DNA of 64,000 bases from IMG/VR virus record IMGVR_UViG_3300032829_000001. The stretch is one strand, 5' to 3'. Under the pieces are notes generated by a model, which worked only from the letters and a program-made list of their open reading frames with translations, was not told where the DNA came from and made no database searches. How positions within the stretch are numbered: the stretch's first letter is position 1; every line of letters begins with the position of its first letter. The stretch is from an uncultured virus (IMG/VR IMGVR_UViG_3300032829_000001). Lineage: Duplodnaviria; Heunggongvirae; Uroviricota; Caudoviricetes. A program made the position numbers and the translations under genes. This document shows positions 30,663-39,175 of the stretch, one piece after another.

Positions 30663-30903
30663 TGGCGTTCCACGCGGACGGCGTTCTCGCAGGGGCGTAC
30701 CGGGGCGGCCGCGCTGACCTGTCGAAGACGTTGCTTCACGCGGTCAGTGACGTGCCGTTCACGATCGGGCGGCTGAGCCGTCGTGCCGGGCAAGCTCTCT
30801 GCGTACCGTCGCTGGACATGGCCGGGTACTATCAGCCGCTCTCCGAGGTCACCTGCCCCCGGTGCCGCGAGATCATCACGCGGCTCGTCCCGAGCTGTCC
30901 GCG

Positions 30904-31275
30904 TTAGCGGATCGTCGAGTCCTCATGCCGCAGCTCGACGATCACCGAGCCCGAGCCCGTCGCCGCAAGCTGCAGCACGTTCGCGCCGCCTGATTGCGTG
31001 TAGAGGTACGATGCTGTCGGCGGTGAGGCGCCGTTCGGGATGACGGCCACCGAGAAGTCGATCGTCTTGTTCGAGTCGAGCCCGTTCCACGTCGTGGTAT
31101 CCGTCAACGCGATCGACTGCAGGTGCGCCTTGAGCGGCCCCGCCGCGGCGTCAGCGATCATCCTCGCCTGCGTCAGCTCGTTGTCGGTGATGGCGCCGGT
31201 GGGCGTGAACAAGTAGCGCAGCATGTGCTGCGTGGCCTTAAGGAGCGTGATGAGCGTGATGAACAGGAAGAACAT
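30904..31275 (-). CDS. Hypothetical virion protein
   Basis: Hydrophobic N-terminus; C-terminus VIVELRHEDST resembles VTIELRNTL of the 31538 gene. Confidence 0.45.
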   Translation of the reverse strand: MFFLFITLITLLKATQHMLRYLFTPTGAITDNELTQARMIADAAAGPLKAHLQSIALTDTTTWNGLDSNKTIDFSVAVIPNGASPPTASYLYTQSGGANVLQLAATGSGSVIVELRHEDSTIR

Positions 31276-31278
31276 GGG

Positions 31279-31530
31279 TCACCCCTTCGTGATCTGCTTC
31301 GCGCCGATCTTGCACCGGCCGTTTCGTTGAGGCGTGAGCACGACGTGAGCGCGGAGCCCCGTTCGGCACTTCCTCTTGCCGCGGGCCTTCGCGCTCCAGT
31401 CGCCCGTGCGACAGCCGACCATCACCCAGTTCCGGCCGCGCTTCGTCCAGCGGAAGCTCCGCCGGTCGAAGGCGGCCTTCGCGAGCACCTCGCGCTCGCA
31501 GAAGGTTCCGGTGATGTGACGTCGACTCAT
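31279..31530 (-). CDS. Small basic Cys-containing protein
   Basis: K/R-rich, FDRRSFRW. Confidence 0.5.
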   Translation of the reverse strand: MSRRHITGTFCEREVLAKAAFDRRSFRWTKRGRNWVMVGCRTGDWSAKARGKRKCRTGLRAHVVLTPQRNGRCKIGAKQITKG

Positions 31531-31537
31531 TTTTTTT

Positions 31538-31981
31538 TCAGCCGATCAGCGTGTTGCGCAGCTCGATGGTGACTGCCCAGAGGCCGCCGCCTGCTGATGC
31601 CGGCGCGGTCAGTTGCAGAAACGCTGCGATGTTCCCGCTCACGTCGCCGAACCAATCGATCGCGAGCGGCGACACGACTGACGCTGCGATCGCTGCAATC
31701 GATACCGACGAGACCCACACGTCCTGCATGACCGCTGCCACGGCCGCTGGCGTGCCCGCCGGAACCGGAGTCTTGAACAACTTGAGCAGCGGGACGGCTC
31801 GAAACGGCTGCCCACCCATCAAGGCCGCGAGCGTCGTGCTCCCTGCCAGTCCCGCTGCTGAGATCTGGAAAATACCCCCCGCTGCGTCGGCTTCGAGAGC
31901 GAACTGAATCCGCGTGGCGGTGCTCTTCGTGATCACACCAACCGACGCTGACGTCGTCGGGTCGAGAAGTGTTGTCGACAT
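31538..31981 (-). CDS. Ala-rich putative virion protein
   Basis: Part of the minus-strand structural run. Confidence 0.45.
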   Translation of the reverse strand: MSTTLLDPTTSASVGVITKSTATRIQFALEADAAGGIFQISAAGLAGSTTLAALMGGQPFRAVPLLKLFKTPVPAGTPAAVAAVMQDVWVSSVSIAAIAASVVSPLAIDWFGDVSGNIAAFLQLTAPASAGGGLWAVTIELRNTLIG

Positions 31982-31990
31982 CGCTCGACC

Positions 31991-32833
31991 TCAGCTCGCT
32001 TTCTTCCTGGTCGCGACCAAGTACACACCGACGCCCGCGAGGATCACGAACATGACCGTCGTTGGGTCGACTCGGATGTGCTCGTACTGCGCCGGCACGA
32101 ACGCCTTCACGTCGAGCGACGCGCGATCCGCAGGCAGCCCGCCCGGCCCGCGCGGCGGACCGTAGTACGTCGGCGGCGGCTGGTAGTAGGCCGGCTGCGG
32201 GGCGTAATACTCGGGTCCTGGCGCGTATGATGGCATCGAAGATTCTCCTTGCGGCGGCGTGGCGTACGAAGCTGGTGAAGTGGTGGCGGGGGGCGCGGGC
32301 GCGACGGAAGTCGACGCCGAACTCGCGGCGTGCGGTGCCTTGTCGATGTAGGCCGTGAGCTGCGCCGCGAAGGCCGCGACCTGTGCGTGCGTGAGCCGTC
32401 CAGTCGCGAGTTCCTCCGGCTGCTGAACGTAGTGAACCATCGCGCGGTTCGTGGCCGCGACTGTGCGCGGGCCGACAAGACCGTCCGCGGCGATCCGCAA
32501 CGAACCGTCGCGGACGCGCGTGGCGAGGCCACGCAGGGCATCTTGCAGTCGACGAATCTTGGTCAATGGAACCGGCTTGTGCGGCGTGCACACACCTGGC
32601 GCAGCCGTGGCGCCCAGTCCGCCGAGAAGAAACGGCGCGGTACCCTTGTGGTGGCGGAACGTGCTCTTCCACTTCGCGGGCGGCTTCTCCTGTGGCAGCC
32701 ACACGTTGTGATCGTCGTCGCGCCACATGATGACCTGACCGTCGCAGATGTGCGCCTCCAGGCCGTCGACCTGCTCCTCCCACCAGCACGCTTGCGCGCC
32801 CAGAGAGGCTCTGCCGATTGCCTGCGTGATCAC
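31991..32833 (-). CDS. Peptidoglycan-binding domain protein with C-terminal TM
   Basis: IRRLQDAL...ADGLVGPRTVAA (PG_binding_1-like); Pro/Tyr linker; TM + RKK. Confidence 0.7.
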   Translation of the reverse strand: MITQAIGRASLGAQACWWEEQVDGLEAHICDGQVIMWRDDDHNVWLPQEKPPAKWKSTFRHHKGTAPFLLGGLGATAAPGVCTPHKPVPLTKIRRLQDALRGLATRVRDGSLRIAADGLVGPRTVAATNRAMVHYVQQPEELATGRLTHAQVAAFAAQLTAYIDKAPHAASSASTSVAPAPPATTSPASYATPPQGESSMPSYAPGPEYYAPQPAYYQPPPTYYGPPRGPGGLPADRASLDVKAFVPAQYEHIRVDPTTVMFVILAGVGVYLVATRKKAS

Positions 32834-33260
32834 GGAACCATCCTACTACCGGGGTAGTTGGTTCGCCAAAAGCGTCTGGGTGAGGCGCACCAGCTCCGGC
32901 TTGCCTGCTTTGATCACGATCGTCACGTCGGCGTGCATCAGCGGGTTGCCTGCGAGCTGCTGACCGACGATCTTGCCGAGCATGCTCCAGAACACAGCGA
33001 AGCTCGTGGGGACCTGTGCGGGGACGGGTGCGATGGCCGCCGGGATCATCGCCTGCTCATCCACCACGCAGCAGCACCGACGCCGACCGCAACGCCGAGC
33101 ACGAGGCCGATGATCAGCGAGGTGCGCGCTGGGCACGTCGGTGCGTTCGAGAGCACGGACCCTGGGCGCATCTCGAAGCGCGCCTTCGACCCGGGCAGCG
33201 GGATCTGCATCGTGCCGCCGTTCGGGAACGTGAGCGTGCGCGTGTTGCCGTCGGACGGGG

Positions 33261-34904
33261 TCATCGACGGGGCTCCGTCACGACGAAGTCTTTGTGGTCT
33301 GCGAACGGGGGCTGCACGTTGAAGTTGCGATCGCTCGGCAGCGTGGTGTCGATCGTGATCCAGCGCGTCGGGAAGCGCGAGTTCTTCGGCAGCCCGGCTT
33401 GCAGGTAGATGTGGTCCCAGCTCGCGCCAGTGTTGCTGGTGATCCGGAAGCGTGTCGTGAAGCCGTTCTCCATCGCGAGCACGGCATTCAACACTGCGTG
33501 ATCGTCACAGTTCGAGGCCAGTGTCCCGTCGGCGAGAAAGAAGTTGTGATTCTCCTCGACAGTAATGCACCCGACACGTGCGCGCCCTGCCGGTTCGGCG
33601 CTCTCGACGTATCCGTAGCGAAGTCCGGGCAGGGTTTCGCGCAGCGTCTCCGTTCGCTTTCGCATTCCTGGCGACGTGTATTCGTAGAGACGCCAGATCG
33701 GGCTTCTGCCCACGCCTTGGTGGTTCTTTTGGTGCTGCAGATAGTGCGGGCGGCCAAGCACCATGAGCCCGAGTCGGAGATCTTCCGCCAGGCCGTCAGA
33801 CGAAGTTGCGTAGATCGCGGACACCTTGCCGTCCCACTTGCTCCCCGGCTTTGGGTGGTACGCGTCGCCGTCTCCGTGGGCCCCGATCAGCGTCTCGACG
33901 GTCTTGCGCGACCCCGACAACATGTGTGCTGGCAGTCGCATGTCGAACGAGTTGCTGCCCTGATCGCGTAGGGCGTCGATCAGTGCACCATCATCCGTTC
34001 GAACGTGCAGCTTGTACTGGGCCCTTCCATCGTAGTGAGCACTCGCGCCCACAGCGGCGATAGCCTCTTCGATCTTTGCACGGATCTCTGGGCGCATCTG
34101 TGCGATTGCCGTACCAGACCGACGTTCTTCTGCGTGGCCTTCAGCGGCATAGATCCCCGCCAGGTACGCCTCGGCAGGCGATACTTCTCCGAGATCGAGC
34201 GACGGGATCCAGGCGGCCTGCAGAATGCGCGTGCGCTCGAACCGCCGCCGTGCAGATCGGTTTTTCGCCACTTCGGCGTACTCACCCAGTGTGCGTACTT
34301 CCAGCTTCCAGTGCTTCGATTTCTGCCCATCGAGTGCCCAGAACTTGTGGTCGGCGGTCGCAACAAGATCGGTTCCGTTCGACAGTCGCGCCTTGAGCAC
34401 ATCCTTTTCGCCCTTGTCCTGAAAGTTAACGATCGGGCGAAACTCGTGCTTCATCGTCCGGAAGTTGTATGAGAGCGCCTCGTAGTATGGCCACATGAGC
34501 TGCAACTCGCTCAGGCGGACCAGCTCATACATCCCTGACGATTTCGATCGGCAGATGATCTTCGTGCTCGCTAGCGGGAAGCAGTCGCCTCCGCCATACT
34601 GCAGCGTCCGCCACGCACTCTGGAACGTGTCCTTCTCGGTGATGTCCCCGGTGTAGCGGATGTTCTTCTTCGTGAACCAGTAGATCGACTGCAGCTCGCA
34701 TAGCTCATCGCGGCCGCGGCACGGGCTCGTGACCTCCAGTCCGATCTGGCGCATGTTCGGGTCGTGAATCGACCCGGCGGGCGGCATGCTCGGGTCGAAC
34801 GCGTTCTCGCCGAACCAGACCAGCTTCCGCAAGAGCAGAACGCGATCCTCCAGCGTGCTCACCTGATGTGCCCGCAGCATCGGCGGGACCGCGCTGAATC
34901 GCAT
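33261..34904 (-). CDS. Transglutaminase-like cysteine protease interrupted by an intein (start uncertain)
   Basis: Spliced product reads IRYTGD...TLQYGGGD|CDDHAVL...GF..RF...WDHIY...IDTT (Cys-His-Asp). Confidence 0.8.
   Translation of the reverse strand: MRFSAVPPMLRAHQVSTLEDRVLLLRKLVWFGENAFDPSMPPAGSIHDPNMRQIGLEVTSPCRGRDELCELQSIYWFTKKNIRYTGDITEKDTFQSAWRTLQYGGGDCFPLASTKIICRSKSSGMYELVRLSELQLMWPYYEALSYNFRTMKHEFRPIVNFQDKGEKDVLKARLSNGTDLVATADHKFWALDGQKSKHWKLEVRTLGEYAEVAKNRSARRRFERTRILQAAWIPSLDLGEVSPAEAYLAGIYAAEGHAEERRSGTAIAQMRPEIRAKIEEAIAAVGASAHYDGRAQYKLHVRTDDGALIDALRDQGSNSFDMRLPAHMLSGSRKTVETLIGAHGDGDAYHPKPGSKWDGKVSAIYATSSDGLAEDLRLGLMVLGRPHYLQHQKNHQGVGRSPIWRLYEYTSPGMRKRTETLRETLPGLRYGYVESAEPAGRARVGCITVEENHNFFLADGTLASNCDDHAVLNAVLAMENGFTTRFRITSNTGASWDHIYLQAGLPKNSRFPTRWITIDTTLPSDRNFNVQPPFADHKDFVVTEPRR
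33510..34583 (-). mobile_element. Intein with LAGLIDADG endonuclease, 358 aa
   Basis: Starts CFPLAS; block B ATADHKF; YLAGIYAAEG and LIGAHGDGD; ends ITVEENHNFFLADGTLASN, followed by Cys +1. Confidence 0.9.
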
Positions 34905-34989
34905 CGACGACCAGGATACCTGTGTTCCCCTACGGCCTGCAAATCCGCCAATTTGACGGCCTGGCGGCGCCCCTCGTACAGTAGTCCTC

Positions 34990-35376
34990 GTGATCACCCA
35001 GACCCCTCCGCTCGGCTTCTCGATCACCTCCGCGTTGAAGACCGTCGCGAAGGACACCTACCACGCCGCGCAGGACCCGCGCGTTCAGGGGCTGGTTGCG
35101 GCCGGCGCACAGGCATACGCGCCCGGCACCACCTCGCAGGTCATGCAGGCTGCCAGCCGCGCGCAAGCGGAGATCCGGCGGGCCCGCAGCTTCTGGTACG
35201 GGGGCAAGAAGATCGTCGTGCAGCCGGGGATGGCCCCGCCGCCGGGCGCGACGGAGATGCCGCCGAGTGATGATGACAGCCCGCCGTCAGGTGGCCCGGT
35301 CGTCAAGAGCCACATGCTTCTCTACGCCGGTATCGGGGCCGGATTGCTGCTCCTCGTCCTTCTCACGAAAAGGTGA
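34990..35376 (+). CDS. C-terminally anchored membrane protein
   Basis: MITQTPPLGFS N-terminus; TM + KR; TTGACG/TACAGT promoter. Confidence 0.6.
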   Translation: MITQTPPLGFSITSALKTVAKDTYHAAQDPRVQGLVAAGAQAYAPGTTSQVMQAASRAQAEIRRARSFWYGGKKIVVQPGMAPPPGATEMPPSDDDSPPSGGPVVKSHMLLYAGIGAGLLLLVLLTKR

Positions 35377-36002
35377 ACAACATGTACTTTGGTGCGATCG
35401 CTCCGCTTCGTCCCATGCCCTTTCACCCGCAGCCCCGTCCGTACGCGCCCCAGCCGCGCGTCGTCACGCGCGAGGTGATCGTGCGACCGCCGCCGCAGGT
35501 GATCGACCGGTACCACACGGTCTACCGGCCGGGGCCCGTGCAGACGATCGTGCGGCCAGACTACGGCGCGATCCAGCGCGCGCGTGAGGCGCAGGCGAAC
35601 TGGGACCGTGAGCACGCACGTCTGGAGCGGATGCGCGATCGGGAGTCGATGGCGCGCCTCGCGCTTCTCCAGCAGCAGCTCCTCGCGGCGCAGCAGGCGG
35701 CAGCGGCCGCGCAAGCGGCAGCTCAACAGCCGGCCGTGCAGACGCCCCTGCCCCCGACCGTCGCGCCGACCATCATGCCGCAGCCACAGCCGAGCGTTTC
35801 GCCGGCTTCTCCGGCCGTCGACCTGACGCCCACCCAGGACGCCGCCGCGGCCGCGGATGGCGGCGGGGACGCCGGTGGCGGCGCGGAGCCCGCGGGGCAC
35901 AAGCCGAAGCATCTCGTCCTCTTCGTCGGACTGATCGCCGTGGCCGGCGTCGGCGGTTACATGCTGATGAAGAAAAAGAAGGTCAAGAAGTCGGCCGACT
36001 GA
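35373..36002 (+). CDS. Low-complexity C-terminally anchored membrane protein
   Basis: P/Q/A-rich; TM + KKKK. Confidence 0.6.
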   Translation: MNNMYFGAIAPLRPMPFHPQPRPYAPQPRVVTREVIVRPPPQVIDRYHTVYRPGPVQTIVRPDYGAIQRAREAQANWDREHARLERMRDRESMARLALLQQQLLAAQQAAAAAQAAAQQPAVQTPLPPTVAPTIMPQPQPSVSPASPAVDLTPTQDAAAAADGGGDAGGGAEPAGHKPKHLVLFVGLIAVAGVGGYMLMKKKKVKKSAD

Positions 36003-36017
36003 ACAAGGAGAACGCAC

Positions 36018-36101
36018 ATGGGCAAGGGATATCTTCCGATTCTGCTGGGCGCCGTCATCGCAGGCGTCTCGATCGTCGTCGGCGTGAAGGTCAGCAAGTA
36101 G
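36018..36101 (+). CDS. 27-aa membrane peptide (not in ORF track)
   Basis: MGKGYLPILLGAVIAGVSIVVGVKVSK; AAGGAG RBS. Confidence 0.55.
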   Translation: MGKGYLPILLGAVIAGVSIVVGVKVSK

Positions 36102-36111
36102 CACTGACGCG

Positions 36112-36930
36112 ATGATCGTTCAGACGCTCCCGCTCGGGTTCTCCCTGAACCCGCTGCACTACGCCAAGAAGGCCGCGAAGACCGTCGCGCACGATGTGGC
36201 CCACCCGATCAGCACGGCGAAGGGGGCCGCTGTGGCTGTCGGGCACGCGGTCAAGGCTGGCGTCATCAAGCCGTTCGAGTGGGTCGCCTCGAAGGTGACG
36301 GCGCCGATCCGGAACCGCGTGCACACGCTGCGCAACAGGCGCGCGGCGAAGCTCGCCTGGGACAATCGCAAGTCCAAGACGCCGAACGCGGCCGAGCAGG
36401 CACAGGCGAAGGCATGGACCAAGGCTCACCTGAAGCACCAGGGGCCGCATGGCGAGGTTCTGGCGCTGTTCGCTGGATCGGAGGCGGTCACCGGCTACGG
36501 GGCCGGGCTCGGCTACGCCGTGCAGTTCGGCGACCCGGCCACCATCAGCCTCATCGCCGCCAGCATCCCGGTCTTCATGGCGCTCATGAACTCGGTCCTC
36601 AAGAAGGCCGACAAGAGCGGCGAGGCGCCGGCCAACCCCGCGGCAGACGCGGCCGCCGTCGCATCGTCCGGATCGGCTGGCACCGCTCCGGCGGGCGCCG
36701 ACGCGGGCGGGGGCGATGCAGGAGCGGCGGACGCCGGGGGCGCTGATGCGGCCGCTCCGGACGACGGCAGTGGTGGTGGCGGCGGAGGGGGAGGGGGAGG
36801 ACGAGGCGGCGGCGCCGGTGCGCTCGCCAAGAAGATGGGCATCTCGAAGAAGCAGCTCATGATCGGCGGCGGAGTGGTCGGCGGACTCCTGCTCCTCGTG
36901 CTGCTGATGCCGTCGAAGAAGCCGAGCTGA
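36112..36930 (+). CDS. C-terminally anchored membrane protein
   Basis: MIVQTLPLGFS N-terminus shared with the 34990 gene; Gly/Ala linker; TM. Confidence 0.6.
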   Translation: MIVQTLPLGFSLNPLHYAKKAAKTVAHDVAHPISTAKGAAVAVGHAVKAGVIKPFEWVASKVTAPIRNRVHTLRNRRAAKLAWDNRKSKTPNAAEQAQAKAWTKAHLKHQGPHGEVLALFAGSEAVTGYGAGLGYAVQFGDPATISLIAASIPVFMALMNSVLKKADKSGEAPANPAADAAAVASSGSAGTAPAGADAGGGDAGAADAGGADAAAPDDGSGGGGGGGGGGRGGGAGALAKKMGISKKQLMIGGGVVGGLLLLVLLMPSKKPS

Positions 36931-37128
36931 TGGCTGACGCGGCCACTCCCGCGCCCCCCTCGGCGTTCAGTACCGACGTCCAGCGCATCAAAACCGACGT
37001 CGGCATCGCCTGGGACTACTACGAGTCCCCTGTGACCGACGCGGCCGCGGTGATCGGCGTCGAGGCCGCCTGGCTGACCGGCCTGCTGCTCGCGCTCAAA
37101 GTTCTGGCGACCGGAATCTGGTACGAGT

Positions 37129-38448
37129 TCAGGAAGATTGAGGAGTAGCCTCGGCCGGCTCGGCTGGAGGCATATCGGTCTCCTCGATCACTTCGACCAT
37201 CTGTGCCCGCACTGGGTCTTTCAGGGCCCTCTCGATTCCCCCGCGACGCCCGAAGCGAAGCTCGGTGAACCCAGGCCACTCGACCCGACGCTGCTTCGTC
37301 GCACACGCACACTCGTACCAGGCAAGCGCCCGTGGCAGGTCTCCTTGCCCTTCTGCGACGTCGCCGAGCAGGCAGAACGCCGTCATGCTCGGACCATCCA
37401 GAAGCGCGCGGATAGCCCAGCGCTCCGCTTCAGCCAAATTGTCCTCGTTGTAATAGCGAAAGGCGATCGACAAGGCCGCCCAGATGCGCTCGTCGCCGAG
37501 CAGGCTGTGTGGCTCGACACGAAGGCGGAAGTCTTCGACGAGCTTGACCGCTTCGGCGATGTCTACAGCCCGACCAGCCTTGTGCTTTGCGAGATGAAAG
37601 AGAGCAAGCACGTTGCCCTTCTCGGCCTCACTGAGCAACTCGTCGATTCCGACGTCTCGCTGCGCGAGCCGGCGCTCTTGCTCTTCTGCATCACGAAGGC
37701 TCGTGTCGCAGACGATTACCGCGTCAGCCTCCCGGGGCTCGTTCGGGTAGATGATCTGATTGTGCGTCTCGGAGACCCAACGGTACTTCGTGCGCACGAG
37801 CCGCTGTGGATCGCGGTGCTCAAACGTTCCCATCTGCACACGGATCGTGTATGAGTCGACGTTGTCGGGTGCGTCTCTCACGACCGTTCGGAGATCCTCA
37901 ACTTCTGCCGACCCGAGGTACTCGTCGCTGTCGACGACCAGCGCCCACGGTGCGCGCACGCGCTCGCGGCCGAGGTTTCGAGCAGCCGCGAAGTTGATCC
38001 GGCCCCGCGGGTTGCTGTCTGTCGGCCCCCACGCCTCACGGGACATCCTGATGTCCTCGGCCTGAAAGACGAACGCGCAGTCGGCGTACGCGAGCGCGAC
38101 CTTGAGCGTCTCCTCGTCGCTTCGACCATCAACCCCCAGGACGATCTCATCTACGTGGGGAAGCACGCTGAACAGCATCCGCTCCAGACCTGCGGCGTCG
38201 CTTCGCACAATGGTGTCGAGCGCGATGAGGGGTGCCTCGGGCTCGCCAGGGTCGATGTCGACGAACAGGCGTGCAGCATTCGCACTGAAGCGCAGCCGCC
38301 CTTTCGGCGCCAGCGCGGATCGTAGCTCGGAAACACGAGGCCCGCCTCGCTGCGGGTTCGGCAGAACGAGACGGGCCGGGGCGACGAACGTCAGCTCGGC
38401 CAGTGCTTCGGCCGTCGTGTGCTCGATATCGACAACCTCACGGGGCAT
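37129..38448 (-). CDS. GT2 glycosyltransferase with TPR-like repeats
   Basis: VDEIVLGVDGRS, NFAAARN, WALVVDSDE; helical C-terminus AFCLLGDVAE..GD...A..WY. Confidence 0.75.
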   Translation of the reverse strand: MPREVVDIEHTTAEALAELTFVAPARLVLPNPQRGGPRVSELRSALAPKGRLRFSANAARLFVDIDPGEPEAPLIALDTIVRSDAAGLERMLFSVLPHVDEIVLGVDGRSDEETLKVALAYADCAFVFQAEDIRMSREAWGPTDSNPRGRINFAAARNLGRERVRAPWALVVDSDEYLGSAEVEDLRTVVRDAPDNVDSYTIRVQMGTFEHRDPQRLVRTKYRWVSETHNQIIYPNEPREADAVIVCDTSLRDAEEQERRLAQRDVGIDELLSEAEKGNVLALFHLAKHKAGRAVDIAEAVKLVEDFRLRVEPHSLLGDERIWAALSIAFRYYNEDNLAEAERWAIRALLDGPSMTAFCLLGDVAEGQGDLPRALAWYECACATKQRRVEWPGFTELRFGRRGGIERALKDPVRAQMVEVIEETDMPPAEPAEATPQSS

Positions 38449-38478
38449 TCCGTGAGGCTATCACAAGCGAGCTGCTGG

Positions 38479-38970
38479 CTAGATCTCCATCGAGTGCTGG
38501 CGCTGCACGTAGAGAACGCCGTGCACCGTCGTCGCGCTGGTGCCCGTGCGGCGCACGCGGACCGCCGCGTCCCGGATGATCCCACCGGTGCCGTAGATGG
38601 CGCTGTGCCCCGCCTTCTGGAACACGGTTCCGCCCACGGTCAGGAACGGCAGCCGCGAGATGCCGCCGGTGCCGTTGCCGCTCGTCGCGCCGATGAAATC
38701 GACGTAGAACATCGCGCCAGCACCGCTGGTGATGGTGCTGTTGTTCGTCGAGTTGCCGGCCGGCACCGCCCACGCCATCACCTCGCGCGCACGCTTGCCG
38801 GTGCTGCTGCCGGTCACGGCTTCGAGCCGCTCCAGCACGCCACCGTGCCGATCGCCGCAGGTCAGGCCGGCGCGAAACTGCGTGAGGGGAAAGATGGCGC
38901 GGGTGGCGCCGCCGCCGATCGAGAAATCGAAGTACAGCTTCTTCTTGGTGACAGGATTCGTGGTTGCCAT
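38479..38970 (-). CDS. Gly/Thr-rich beta-strand putative virion protein
   Basis: Follows leader copy 2; GAGGA RBS; beta-rich. Confidence 0.5.
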   Translation of the reverse strand: MATTNPVTKKKLYFDFSIGGGATRAIFPLTQFRAGLTCGDRHGGVLERLEAVTGSSTGKRAREVMAWAVPAGNSTNNSTITSGAGAMFYVDFIGATSGNGTGGISRLPFLTVGGTVFQKAGHSAIYGTGGIIRDAAVRVRRTGTSATTVHGVLYVQRQHSMEI

Positions 38971-39041
38971 GGTGGGTTTTTGTTCCTCTTCGGGACGGGT
39001 TCCCGGACTCGGCCGCGGTCCCGACCGCAGCAGAGGGTGAC

Positions 39042-39175
39042 GAAACGCAAAAAGGCGCCCACCGCAGAGACCATCCCTGCGAGGAGCGCCCGATTTCCGA
39101 GTCGCCATGGGGAGGAGCCTGGTAGCTCCTCTATGTCCGAAGAGGATCGCCGATAGGGACGGGAGCTGTCAAATC
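39042..39175 (-). promoter_or_regulatory. TTGACA promoter plus structured attenuator-like leader, copy 2
   Basis: Aligns with 29372-29505, with compensatory stem changes. Confidence 0.7.

Noticed and set aside
36660..36820. G-rich repeat as a non-coding structure
   Set aside because: Explained by Gly/Ala linker codons in the 36112 gene
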